A stretch of 63,611 bases of DNA, counting the filler, from Octopus bimaculoides (lineage: Eukaryota): NCBI RefSeq assembly GCF_001194135.2. It is 6 parts of 6 records of this genome, joined end to end, with 100 filler letters (N's around TTAATTAATTAA, not from the genome) between each part and the next. Parts side by side here need not be neighbours in the genome. Positions count along the whole stretch, not along the records: positions 34,655 to 54,329 come from NC_068987.1; 5 more parts are not named here. One strand, 5' to 3'. How positions within the stretch are numbered: position 1 is the first letter of the stretch; the number at the start of each line of letters is the position of its first letter. Both the position numbers and the translations under genes were made by a program. Under the pieces are notes generated by a model that saw nothing but the letters and a program-made list of their open reading frames with translations, was not told where the DNA came from and made no database searches. Shown in pieces: positions 37,807 through 50,439 of this stretch.

Positions 37807-38320
37807 CACTGGCAGTACCCCAGCATGACCACACCCTTTGGGATCCCTGTAAGCGGTTGAGAGCACTGCTCTCTTTTTTGGCTAAAAGATAAAACAAAAA
37901 AAAGAAAAAAGGAAAAGATCAGGTAGTGATTGATTAATCAGTAATTTAGTACTTTGACCTGTGTGTGACTAATCCTAATGAAGTATTATTATGTATTAAT
38001 GTAGTTCAACCATGTCTACAAGGAAATCAAGCTCCAGTATGATATGTTTGAATAAGGGTGTTGCTATTTAGCCCCAGGTCAACCTTCAATGAGCACACTT
38101 ATGATCAGATATGTCCCAGGAGATTGCATCTAATGATAACATTGTCCACCGTGCAGGGACACTGCCAGGCTAAGCAATGCACTGGATTACCTACATAGAC
38201 CACAAACATAGATAAACATTAGGCCCCTAGACCCAAGGGGTTTCCAGGCAACTGCCTAGTGTACCCATCGCTTGAAAAAGCTTTATCACTGTGTCCTCTC
38301 TCTCTCGCTCTCTCCTCTCC

Positions 38321-38359
<39 letters not shown>

Positions 38360-38373
38360 CCCCCTCTCTCTAT

Positions 38374-38404
<31 letters not shown>

Positions 38405-38489
38405 ACACACATATACACACAATCTAGTATATTGCGATTTTCAGGATGGAACAGCCATGTAGAGACTTCTTTACTGGTTTGTTAAATTA

Positions 38490-39000
38490 ATGTAAGATTG
38501 TGAGGGGTGATTGGAACAGCAGTGGTGATCAAGGTGATGGAGATTGTGACTGTGGCGGTGGCGGCGGTGGTGATGGTCATGGTCGTGGTGATTGTGATTG
38601 GTGGTGGTGGTGGTGGTGATGGAAGTGGTGGTTGTGATTGTGTTGGTAATGGTGGGGATTGTGATTGGAGGTGGTTCTGGGGTTGTATTGATGACTGGTT
38701 GTTGTTGTTGATGGTAGTGGTAATGGTTATTGTGATTCATGGTGGTGATAGTGATGATGATGGTGATGATGATGATTGGGCTTAGTACTAATGGTGGAGG
38801 TAGTGGAGGTGGTAGTAGCTGTAGAAGTGATTGTAATGGTGGTAGTGGTGATGGTGGTATTGGTGATTGTGGTGGTTGTAGTGGTGATTACGGTGGTAGT
38901 AGTGGTGGTGATTGTGGTGTTGGTGGTGGTGCTGGCAGTGGTAATTGTACTAGTGGTTGTGGTAGTGGTGTTGGTGGTAGTTCTGATTATGATCGGTGCT
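38490..39000. repeat. Degenerate (GTG/GGT/GAT)n low-complexity array
   Basis: Seen directly; source of the poly-V, poly-T and GGS pseudo-ORFs. Confidence 0.9.
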
Positions 39001-39348
39001 GGTGTTGAGAGATAGATGATTGAGACCTGAAGAGACAACTACAAGCTTGTTGAATGTAACTTAATTTACCAACAACAATGAGTACACCAGTCAGAGAAAG
39101 AGGCACAGCGGCAAAGTATATTAAAGATAGCTAAGATTACAGGAATCAATGGGATAAGTTTAGTAATCTGTGGTGCTATATGATGATACTGAAATAGAAT
39201 TGGCAATCTATTTGATATTTCGAGCTCTTTGCTATCACACTAAATTTGCTTTGGATCGAAATAGATACAAAGCAGTCAAGCATTGATTCTGATGTGCAGT
39301 GTAATTCATATTTAAAGTCAACACAATTTCATTTCATTTTTAAAGTAT

Positions 39349-39381
<33 letters not shown>

Positions 39382-40664
39382 GGCAGTGGCTCTCATGTCT
39401 TCTGATCTTAACTGATTGGAAGTGTTATCATGTACTTTGTTTTGTCTTGGTATAAAAGATGGGCTACAGCAAATATTCTGCTCAATACCACAGATTTGCT
39501 TGTCATTTGTTTGACCTTAACCAGTTGAGCATGTCCCTTGGTGGCTGGCGATATGTGCATCTCTGATCATGAGCAGAAGTAGTGGGGGAGCATCATAGCC
39601 ATGTGTTGAGAGGAATTCTTTGGGGTTTGAATAATTCACCTTTGGAAGCATGGGTGTTTTGCTCAACATCCTTAAACAAATCTTATTCAGGGACCTTTTG
39701 AATGGGATAGGCTACTCAACCTGAAGAAAATTCTAACTGGGCCTCACCTGCAAGGTCATGCACTGTTTATCTTGCACATACAGTCATCATACCATACACG
39801 CACACACACACATACAATGGGCTTCTACTCAGTTTCCATTTACCAAATTCACTCATGAAGCATACAAAAAAGAAATGGCCCATCATAGCTAAACAGTTAT
39901 CAACCCTTTCATTACCATATTTCTGTTGAAAAACAGTGTTTTTGTTTCAGTTAATAGTGAAAATAATTAAGAATTTAATGAAATGGTTTTTTTTTTCATT
40001 ATTAAGCTGGTGTTTGGAACACAAATATGAAATCTTGAGGGAAATTTTTTTAAGTTAGATCACTGCAAAACAGCAAGTTTATATCATAGACCCAAGGTTG
40101 GTCACAGGTGGCTTTGTATAAAAAAGGTTCATCAATGGACATCTTGGTTGTCTGTGGTTTATCAAACAACAAATCCCTTGTGTAAAATTGAACAAAGAAG
40201 CTTCTAAGTAGTTGTACAACCTGTTATGAATAGCCGTCATATCTCCTTCACGTCACACCCCACTAATATTAAAGTTAGGAAAGACACATTGGATAATACA
40301 GTTAAATAAAACACACTTGTGTCTGAAAAGAGAAAGAAAAAGAAAAAAAGGAATGGAATGGTCACAGCTGAAATAGATCTACTTTTCTAGATCAGAGCTA
40401 ATCTGGCTCCAAACAATAATAACAACCTAATTTTTTGTATGATTTACAAATGCCTGGGTAATGCTTTAATTCCACTCTTTTCTAGGTGTTAGCTCTATAA
40501 CCCTTTAGCATTGCTTTGAATTAATCAAGTATTATCAAGTAGAGTCAAATTTTCAGTGATGTGATTTGTTTATTTCTAGAATGATATTGTTGGGTAGGTG
40601 TGAGAGGCCAGACTTTGCTGGTTTGGACATAAAACTTGTAGAATATTCAGACTGAAACTGCCAC

Positions 40665-40910
40665 CACCACAACCACCTTATTTATTCCTCTAAATCTTTA
40701 AACTTCGCCACCATCACCACCCAATCACCACATTTATTCCTGTAAACTTTTAAATTCCACCACCATCACATTTATTCCTGTAAACCTTTAAGCTCCACCA
40801 CCTCTATTCCTGTAAGCCTTTAAAACTTCACCAATACCATTACCTGTAAACCTTTAAACTGCCACTACCACAGGCATTACCTTATTTATTCATTTCTGTA
40901 AACCTTTAAT
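40665..40910. repeat. Degenerate ~35-bp minisatellite, about 7 units
   Basis: Recurrent core TTATTCCTGTAAACCTTTAA separated by CCACCA-rich spacers. Confidence 0.8.
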
Positions 40911-41519
40911 TCCTATCTTGAGAACTTGGCTAAGGTAGATATCCAGTCTATTTTGATGCCATATGTTATGTTAAGATATTGACCTAACAATGAAAATTAT
41001 ATATTTTGTCTATAAGTGCTTAAGTGATGATCATAAGTATGTTATCACTACATCCCATAATAGCTGCCAAAAACATTTCTTGTTTTGTTTTTGTGGTTAA
41101 TATTTCAAACGGTGTCTTTCAATCACTTTTCTATTTGCTTCCATCCCTCAAGTTTTGAGAGAAGTAAATTCATCAAACATTTGCCAAAGACACTTACAGC
41201 TGTTGCCAAAACAGATACTGATGTCAGTCTAGTCTCTGGCACAAAAGCTGGGATTGTGTTTTTTTTTGGGGGGGGGGGGGTTATTAATTTTAATTTTTAT
41301 TTTTATTTCTGTATTCATTTAAAAATAAAAAAAACATTTTTTCTAATGAAATTACACATGTCTATTTGTTTTTGTTAATTTAAAAAAAAAAATTAACAAT
41401 TTTTTTAAAGACTTTAGTAAAATAACTAACTTCTCTATAATGAATGGCATTGGAAAATTTCCCTTCACCCCAAATTAAGCTGGTGTTTGGAACTTGATAA
41501 AAGGTTCTAATGTAAATAT

Positions 41520-42245
41520 CATCATCATCATCGTTTAACATCCGTTTTCCAGGCTGGCATGGGTTGGGCATTTTGACAGGAGCTGGCCAGCTGGGGAACT
41601 GTCCAGACTACAACAGTTTGTTGTAGCATGGTTTCTTATTTCTTTATTGCCCACAAGGGGCTAAACATAGAGGGGACAAACAAGGACAGACAAAGGGATT
41701 AAGTCGATTACATCGACTCCAGTGCGTAACTGGTACTTAATTTATCGACTCCGAAAGAATGAAAGGCAAAGTCAACCTCGGCGGGATTTGAACTTAGAAC
41801 GTAACAGCAGACGAAATACCGCTAAGTATTTCGCCCTGTGTATTAACGTTTCTACCAGCTCACCGCCTTATACAACAAACCATGCTTTGTTGTAGCATGG
41901 TGTCTATGGCTGGATGTCCTTCCTAATGCCAACCACTTTACAGAGTGCACTGGGTACTTTTCTACATTCCACTGGCCCAGGTGTGCTTACACAGCACCAG
42001 TACAAGTGCATGTTATGTGACACCAGCACCTGTAAAGACCTGTATGTATGGATGACAATGAGTCTACTAAGCCAGGCACATCTCAAATACAGCAAATTTC
42101 TACAACTCCCAGTCCCTTGTCATTTCTTCATTGAAGCCCAGCATCCAAAGATCCTTTCTCACCATTTTCCTCCTTCGTCTTCCTGTGTTTACCCTTTCCA
42201 AAGGTTCCCTCCACATTTAAAGCTTGGCACTTATCATCATCCAGT
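41520..42245. mobile_element. RTE-related repeat or LINE 3' end interrupted by a SINE A (41640-41870)
   Basis: (CAT)n-GTTTAACATCCGTTTTCC motif (also at ~35255, 43180, 51050, 58700). Minus frame at 42090-42245, KCQALNVEGTFGKGKHRKT, is the RTE 'VEGxRGRGRPRKTW' end. Confidence 0.7.
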
Positions 42246-42288
42246 GTTTTAAATCTAATGACTGAAACAAGTAAAAGATTAAAAAAAA

Positions 42289-42488
42289 AAAGTACCAGTA
42301 ATTAGTGGAGGGCTAGAAAATATATTATGTGCCAATAGAGGCTTTGCTGAATATTCTCTGTATCAGATAAATTTTAATTTCCTCAGAGATGTTTTACATG
42401 TTTTGGTTCATCTAGCAAAGCCTCTATAGGCACATAATATATTTTCTAGCCTCTGTTTTGACACTTCTCCACTAATTACTGGTACTTT
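42289..42488. mobile_element. Palindromic MITE-like element
   Basis: AGTACCAGTAATTAGTGGAG..GCTAGAAAATATATTATGTGCC..TAGAGGCTTTGCT versus its reverse complement at 42414-42488. Confidence 0.8.
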
Positions 42489-42489
42489 C

Positions 42490-42895
42490 TTTTTTATCTT
42501 TTACTTGTTTCAGTCATTAGACTGCAGCCATGCTGGGGCACTGCCTTGAAGAATTTTAGTCAACTAAATTAACTCCGGTACTTATTATTTTTGTGTAAAG
42601 CCTGGTACTTACTCTATCAGTCTCTTTTGCTGAACCGTTATGTTACGGGAATGTAAACACACCAACACTGGTTGTCAAGTGGTGAGGGGGGACAAACACA
42701 GCCACAAAGATGCACACACATAGATGTGTGTGTGTGTGAAAGGCTTCTTTCAGTTCTTGTCTACCAAATCCACTCACAAGGCTTTGGTCAGCCCAAGCCT
42801 ATAGTAGAAGACACTTGCTCAAGGTGCCACACAGTTGGATTGAAACCAGAGCCATGTGGTTGAGAAGCAAACTTCTTACCACACAGCCATGTTTC
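42490..42895 (-). mobile_element. Full-length SINE D with heavy CpG decay
   Basis: Family D order is intact; many CpG positions read TpG or CpA. Confidence 0.8.
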
Positions 42896-43437
42896 CTCAT
42901 ATCAGTGAACAAATATTTAACTTGGCAGTGGATTATACACCTTGGAAACCATCAAACAATGTGATATCTCTGTTTCTCCACCTTTGCAATATCTGTAACA
43001 TAGCAATTATCTGGTTCTTGGTCCCCAACATTAAACTAAAAAGAAAGAAAAAATAAAGAAAACAAGAGTGAGCCTTAACATGGTCGTTTGATCTGTTGGA
43101 AATAATAGCCAAATTTCTCTCAAATGAACAGCATTTTTAGAAAAGAACTGCAGGGTTGACATGGTCTTAGATACATCATCAGTCATCAGTTTTTTGATGT
43201 TCACTTTTTCATGCTTGCATGGGTCAGATCAAATTTATTGAGGCAGGTTTTCTACAGCCAGATACCCATCCTTTTACCAACTCTCACCTATTTCCAAGTC
43301 AGTTAATGTCCCTATGGCTGGACATGTTTCCACAAAAAACTGGAAATGAACGACACTGCTTGTATGACAGTGATGCTCATTTACAACAAAGAAGTCAAGA
43401 AAACACTAACACACACCAACACACACTCACACATATG

Positions 43438-43660
43438 CGTCGAGCTGGCAGAAACGTTAGCACACTGGGCGAAATGCTTAGCGTATTTCATCTGCCGTTA
43501 CGTTCTAAGTTCAAATTCCGCCGAGGTCGACTTTGCCTTTCATCCTTTTGGGGTCGATTAAATAAGTACCAGTTACGCACTGGGATTGATATAATTGACT
43601 TAATCCGTTAGTCTGTTCTTGTTTGTCTCCTCTGTGTGTAGCCCCTTGTGGGTAGTAAAG
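43438..43660 (+). mobile_element. Young, CpG-rich SINE A
   Basis: GCGTCGAGCTGGCAGAAACGTTAGC..AAGTTCAAATTCCGCCGAGGTCGAC..GCCCCTTGTGGGTAGTAAAGAAATA. Confidence 0.85.
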
Positions 43661-43768
43661 AAATAACACACACACACATACACATGAAAAAGTATGAGAA
43701 ACACAAGATATAGTTTATATCATTTTCCCCTACATATGTTTCACCATTCTGGTAATTTGTCGCCACAG

Positions 43769-43858
43769 CAGTGGATGTTCCAAGTACAATTGAATGCTTA
43801 AACTCAATGGATCATCAGGGAAATACTTTATTGCATTATGTTACAGAGATCAATATGG
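43769..43858 (+). CDS. Candidate exon encoding part of an ankyrin repeat
   Basis: Acceptor TTTGTCGCCACAG|CA. Frame (A)VDVPSTIECLNSMDHQGNTLLHYVTEINM contains the ankyrin 'N..D..GNT.LH' motif. Donors at 43859 (GTGCAT) or 43869 (GTATGT); in-frame stops on both sides require splicing. Confidence 0.55.
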
Positions 43859-45099
43859 GTGCATGCATGTATGTTTTTCTTTGAGTTTAATTTAAGTTCT
43901 TAAAGAGAGCGCTTGAAGAGATGGCTAACAAAGCGACAAGACTTTAGAGAATTCCTGGTGTTTGTAAATATTTGGCTGAGTTGGTGTGCTGGTTGAACTA
44001 CTAATGCATGCACCCAAATGTGTCCATGTATATATGTAAGTATGTATGTGTTTGTATGAATGAATGTATGTATGCCTACATGTATGTATGTGTGTATGTA
44101 TGTATTTATGTATGAAGGTATTTATGTATTTATGTATGCGTATATTCATGTATCCATCCATCTTTGTCTTGATTTTATGTAATTATTGTAAATGAATGTC
44201 ATATATTTCCAATACTCTGTGAAAATGTCTGGCCATGGAGATAACCATTACCTTGTAACCTTGCAATGTAAGCGTTGGCCATAGGAAAGGCATCTGGTTT
44301 TAGAGAATCTCCTTCAATAAACACCATCTGATCTATGTTAACATGGCTACCAAATTTCACTCTCAAGGCTTTGATTCACTCAGAACTATAGAAGATATTT
44401 CTTCCCCCAGTGTTGTGATAGGGAATGAAACCTGGAATAATCATCTCAATTGACCACCAAGTCCTGGGCAACACATTAAATTGCATTTAGTGGCAAGGGC
44501 CCTGCTTGGGAATTCATAAGCCCTGAGGAGCATATAGTTACCCATTAGTCACCAGAGCTCCTATGCCTGCACTGGCCCAGGATTTTGCTACCTGTCAAGG
44601 CTCCAGTAATGAATCAAACCACAGAAGATTCAAAGGTGAGCCACATTGGCCCAACAGTGTACAGGACATACCTTGATGTCTTGGGAGCCAGTCTTTTTGG
44701 CTAAGAACTAAAGTGGTTTTGTGCCTCAAAGGTAAACTCAGGTGAGCAGAAGAATATCAGTGTAAATTGTAAATAAACTGGCAAAAAGCAACAGGAAACT
44801 ACAGCTGTATCTTTCCCATGAAAAATCAGTAGTCTTCAGAATTTGGCATTGATGTCCACTGTTGCCAACATCTGTAGATATGGTGCATGAAGAGAGGGGG
44901 GGTTGTTAACTGTTATATAGATTTGAATGTATTACAATGTGAGAATTTAAAAATGTAGATCGAATGTATTAGAATATCGAAGTAACAACGAAGTCTGTCG
45001 TAATTTAACATAACTGAGCCAAGTTAGGAGCTCGATCTAGTAGATATAGCAGTCAAATGTCCCTCAAATCATACCCAACTCTCTTTAAAAGAAAAATAT

Positions 45100-45130
<31 letters not shown>

Positions 45131-45736
45131 TTGCACTCCTAGAAGTCCCCCACCCACCAAAAGTCGAGATAGTCACACCTGGTCGATATTTGCATCTACA
45201 CGATCTGGGCTGACTTGATATTATTATGTAACAACGTCGCTATCAAGTTTCACGTTCGTTAATCTATGATTACAGTGTTCCACATGATCGCACTCGTTTG
45301 TTCATCCATGATTGCTTCCCTTGGACCCAGTGGATGTCCAATGGTTACGTGTGAATTGCGTGTATTTATGTGTGCATACATACGCACACACGCGCACACA
45401 CATACAAACATGTTCTTTATTCTTTTAGTGGTTCAGTCGATGGAACATGGCTCTACTGGAGCACCGCCTTATTTTTGTTTATTTATTACTGTCTTTTTTT
45501 TTTCAGTTTTATTTAAGTTTTATTGCTGAAAGTTAGTGTATGATTGAGTTAGTGGCAGTTGACATTCCGTGAAATATAACCTTGTAGAGTTGGTTGGATC
45601 GGTATTTTGATTACATACATACATGCATGCATGCATGGATGGATGGATGGTGATGCAAACAGGAAAAACAGGACTCAAAATATGAGTATATATACATATA
45701 TATATATATATTGTTATTAATACGTAACAGAATGAA

Positions 45737-46140
45737 GACGGCGAGCTGGCAGAAACGCTAACACGCCGGGCGAAATGCTTAGCGGTATTTCGTCTGCCGC
45801 TACGTTCTAAGTTCAAATTCCGCGGAGGTCGACTTTGCCTTTCATCCTTTCGGGGTCGATTAAATAAGTACCAGTTACGCACTGGGATCGATATAATCGA
45901 CTTAATCCGTTTGTCTGTCCCCTCTGTCTGTAGCCTCTTGTGGGCAGTAAAGAAATGAGAAACGTTAGCACGCCGGGCTTAATGCTTAGCGGTATTTCGT
46001 CTGTTTTTTACGTTCTGAGTTCAAATTCCACCGAGAGTTGACTTTACCTTTCATCGATAAATTAAGTACCAGTTACGTACTGGGATCGATCTAATCGACT
46101 GGCGCCCTCCCCAAATAATTTCGGGTCTTGAGTAGAAAAG
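45737..46140 (+). mobile_element. Two tandem young SINE A copies
   Basis: GAAGACGGCGAGCTGGCAGAAACGCTAACACGCCGGGCG.. followed by a second AAACGTTAGCACGCCGGGC.. copy. Confidence 0.85.
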
Positions 46141-47129
46141 AATATTTAACAGAGAGAGATGGGGGGGGAGAAGGGGAAGATGGGAGTCTAAACCATAGAC
46201 CTATCTCGAATGCTTGCAGCAAACTGGACCCTGTTAAAGACAGTCCCAAGTAGTAGTGTTAAGCCGGATGATGGATTAAGTCTATTACAATCGCGCGCGC
46301 GCAGTTATAAGGTGGAAATTGTATGTGAATAAATATGGTATTTATATGCTTCAATGCTGTTGTTATTGTAGTTATTGTGTAGCTTCCACCCCCTTGTTCA
46401 GTTCTGATTGAGCGCACATATGTTTAACCCTTTTCTTAAGATGACGGGATGTGATATGCGGAAGATTTGGCTACTATTTCTAACGGGTTAAATGACAACT
46501 TTCAGGCTGCTCCTTCTTAGTTTGATTCAAGGTAAGCGTGTGTCTTGGTGTTTCAAGTCGTGCAAGGGACATAATTCAGTTTGCATGCTTGGATTCACTA
46601 CACACGTTAGCACGTATCGTATTTGCAGCTATTGATGAAGAATTGGTGAAGAATAGCGTCGTTTGTTACAAATCTCCTGCGAATACTGAGAGATTCCTGA
46701 TCTGCATTATTGGAAGTTAGCCTAGCAGCACATTGGGTTTAACCTAGCTACTGTGAGGTGACAGTTCATGGTACCTGCTTTGGATATCAATTATACTGAG
46801 CCTAAAGAAAAGGCTCTACATGTGTAAATAGGTTAGTGGGGTTTAACGAAACCGCAAAGGTTTCAAAAAGGGTTTATTAACGTGCGACCAAGGACTATTA
46901 ATTCTTTGATATTATATATTATCGTTTAACCCTGATCAAGCAGACTTATAATTAAAGCCATTCCAGCCATGACCATCCCCTATTCAGATACAGTGTATCT
47001 AGGAGTACATTATTTACTTTTGACCTTTTGGTTTTCAAAACAGTGTGATATGGTTTTGTGGAAGATTCTGCTGCTATTTCTAGCTGGTTGATCAACTGCA
47101 TATAGCCTCTTTGGTTTATGCGTTTTGTT

Positions 47130-47400
47130 ACTAACATTGTTGTTGGTGGTGGTAGCAGCAGTAGGAGGAGGAGGTGGAGGGGTAGTAGTAGTAGCAGTAG
47201 TAGTAGTAGTAGTACCACCACCACCACCAACAGCAGCAGCAGCATTGGTAGTATTAGTAGTAGTATTAGTAGCAGCAGCAGCAGCAGGAATAGTGGTGAT
47301 GCTGGTGCTGGTAGTAGTAGTAGTAGTAGCAAGAATAGTGGTGATGGTGGTGCTGGTAGTAGTAGTGGCAGTAGTAGTAGTAGTAGTGGTTGTGGCAGTA
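47130..47400. repeat. Compound (AGT/AGC/GGT)n microsatellite
   Basis: Seen directly; source of the poly-S/G, poly-V and poly-L ORFs. Confidence 0.9.
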
Positions 47401-47865
47401 GCTGTTGTAGTTGTTTTTCTCCTTTGATTAAAGTTCTCAGCTCCTCATGTTGTAAGATTGAGATTAAACTTAAATACATACGAGTTAAGTTGTTCAATGT
47501 TCGAAATTACAAGTCATTACCAACAAGGCTCTACTTCACTTAATTAAAAACCAAACTTAAAACACCATCAAATTCATTAAATAAACAATGTTGATGGACA
47601 AAGATATTTATTGAAAACATCTCAGTATTAACGAAGACGAAATAATTGGGTAGCGTTAAGAGGGGATGGGGTTGGGTTTTTCTTGTTTCTTTTTTTTTTT
47701 CTTTTTATAAATATAAGTTCAGTCTTGGCTGTTTGGTAAGATGTTTGCTTCCCATACACGTGATTCTAGGTTCAGTCCCACTGTGTGGCACCTTAGGCAA
47801 GTGTCTTTTAATATAGCCAACCTATGCCTTGTGAGTGGATTTGGTAGATGAGAACTGAAAGAAGC

Positions 47866-47918
<53 letters not shown>

Positions 47919-48100
47919 GAATACCAAAAATAGGACAAGAACGCAAAACATCCGGACAGTTAGATGATACAAAAAAGGGACAACAAAACATCCAGATAGA
48001 CAATACAAGAAAACAAGGACAAGTCATTCAGAGTTTTCTTTCTTCAGCCGAGTTCCAGATTATCTTTGCAATTTCAGCTGGAAAGACTGAAGATGGATTA

Positions 48101-48372
48101 TACCAGAATTTATTATTAATCGCGACAATTCTTTTGACACATCTAGCATCGGTCCCTCAGAGATGGGACACTCAACAACTGGTTCAGGAGCATCCAGTGA
48201 TGCCAATGTATCTCATCGGGTGATAGATAGATACAACTCATTAAAGTATCAGTTCTGCAATGTAACTATTTATCACCGCCAGATGCTCCTGAGCCATTTG
48301 TTGAGTGTCCCACCCATGAAGGATCGATGCTAGATGTGTCGAAACAATTGTGATTAATAATAAATTCTTGTA
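48101..48372. mobile_element. Imperfect palindrome (~95-bp arms), Penelope-terminus-like
   Basis: TACCAGAATTTATTATTAATC..GACACATCTAGCATCG..GGGACACTCAACAA..CAGGAGCATC versus its reverse complement at 48285-48372. Confidence 0.75.
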
Positions 48373-48993
48373 TATTCCATCTTCCATCTTTCATTTGCCA
48401 TATACATAACAATCACTTTGAAAGTGACCATGCTTTAACATTAAGCTACTAGGTGTAGGCCATTCATTTTATTATCCAATATATATATATATGTATGATG
48501 GGTTCTCTTGTGGAAGACAATGTATGAGTATTCAGCTTTTGCTGAATGACCTGCACAAATGGTTTATTTATAGTTATCTAATGTTTGTACCACACATTAG
48601 CTCACTCACTCCATTAAATCGACGTTGTCTGAAGAGGTGAACGGTGTACCACGCATGAGGTGTTGAAGTGATTACAGAGCAACATTTTGCTCAAGAACAC
48701 AACTCACCACCTGGGCCTGGTCTAGGAAATGAAATTACAATTTGGCAATTGTGAGTGCAACACCCTAACCACTAGGCCAATGTGCCCTCGCATATGTGTA
48801 TGTGTGTGTGTGTGTGTGCAAGAAGGGGTTTATGTCCTTGCTTGACCTACTAGAAATAGCACTCAAACTTTATAGTAATTTGAAAAAAGGACATACTGAA
48901 TAATGTGGAGATATATTTTCTCTCTCTCTCTCTCTCTTTCTCTCTNNNNNNNNNNTGAAAAAAGGACATACTGAATAATGTGGAGATATATTT

Positions 48994-49032
<39 letters not shown>

Positions 49033-49094
49033 TCACGTCTCTAGGTGTCAGCAATCATGGACCTCCATGCTAAAGTCTGAATTTTTTTTTTTTT

Positions 49095-49445
49095 TTTCCA
49101 CTTGTTTCAGTCATTAGATTGCGGTCATGCTGGGACACTGCCTTGAAAAATTTTTAGTCAAATGTATCGATCCCCACTACCTTTTTTTTTTAAGCCTGGT
49201 ACTTATTCTATTGGTCTCTTTTGCAAACAGCTAAGTCACAGGGGTGTAGACACACCAAAACCGGTTGTCAAGTAGTGTCGTGAGACAAACACAGACACAT
49301 TCAAACACACAACGGGCTTCTTTCAGTTTCTATCTACCAAATCCACTCACAAAGATTCGTTTGCCCAAGGTGCCATGTAGTGGGACTGAACCCAGACCCA
49401 TATGGTTGGGAAGCAAGCTTCTTACCAGACAGCTATGCCTACCCT
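49095..49445 (-). mobile_element. SINE D, CpG-decayed
   Basis: Reverse family D sequence from TTGTTTCAGTCATT to GGGACTGAACCCAGACCCATATGG. Confidence 0.75.
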
Positions 49446-50439
49446 TATATTCATGAATTTTTTTTTTTCTTTGAGAAAGATACAGCAGTGGTTTCTTCTT
49501 GTCTTCTGTTTGTTTGTTTATTTTACTTTGATCACTTGAAAGAGTTGAGTGCTTGAAGCATTTTATCATGGCACGAGCACAGGAGAGATTACTTTGCCCT
49601 TGACAAGACTATAGGCTCCTCTCCATATGTTGTTTACATTCATTCTTCAACCACTTTACATAGTGTAATGGATGCATTTTATTGTGATGCCAGCACTGGT
49701 GATGTTGCTTTGTCTTCTGCAAAAATAAAGGATCCTCGCTCTGTTGTCTCTATTTACTCAATGCAAACATGACTGAGAAAGTGGAAAGAAAAGATCTTAA
49801 TAAGAGAGTGAGAGAAAAGAGACTATGAGCAGAGGAAGTCATGGAAAAGAGACAGTGATAGACAGCTAGATGTTAGTTATTGGTAAGGAGATTGAATAGA
49901 AAAAACAACTTGAGTAGTGTAATGGGGAAGGGAATGATAGAAGGGAGATGGATGTAATAAAAGTGAGAGAGTGATATACGTGATGAAAGCAAGAGTTCTG
50001 TGAGAGAGGGAATTTTGAAGGATAGCAGTAAAGATGAGTGATGGTAAAGGAAGAGATGAATAGTAATAGAGGTGGTGAGAGAGAGTAGGGTATGTCAATA
50101 GAAAGTGTGATAACTAGCAGTAAAGAAGGGTAGTGGTAGGGCATATTGAAAGCAGACAGAGGTAATGCCATCTTTTTTTTTTATACAAGAGTCATCATGA
50201 AAGAGAGGTAGAGTGATAAAAGGAGGTGGGGTGCTGTTCTTCATTACACAGGTTGCATGATACAGGGAATAGGAGAGTGGGTGACTGATAGACAAGAGGG
50301 AAACACCAAATAGGGAGTGCAGTTGATGATGACATATAGCAGGAACATATTGGAAGAGAAACCCAAATATAGATGTATTATACATCCCAACATTCCTCAC
50401 CACCATTATTTTCATGACTGATTTCCTACATGTGCACAG

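Noticed and set aside
38739-39008. GGS/GDC-rich ORF resembling a structural protein
   Set aside because: One frame of a degenerate GGT/GTG array; the other frames are equally open.
40665-40910. CRISPR-like array
   Set aside because: Eukaryotic context, degenerate repeats, related low-complexity spacers and no cas genes.
46765-46826. Second ankyrin-like string ALDINYTEPKEKALHV
   Set aside because: Spacing is off by one, the acceptor is weak and a stop follows immediately.
47118-47543. Ser/Gly-rich ORF
   Set aside because: Compound trinucleotide microsatellite.
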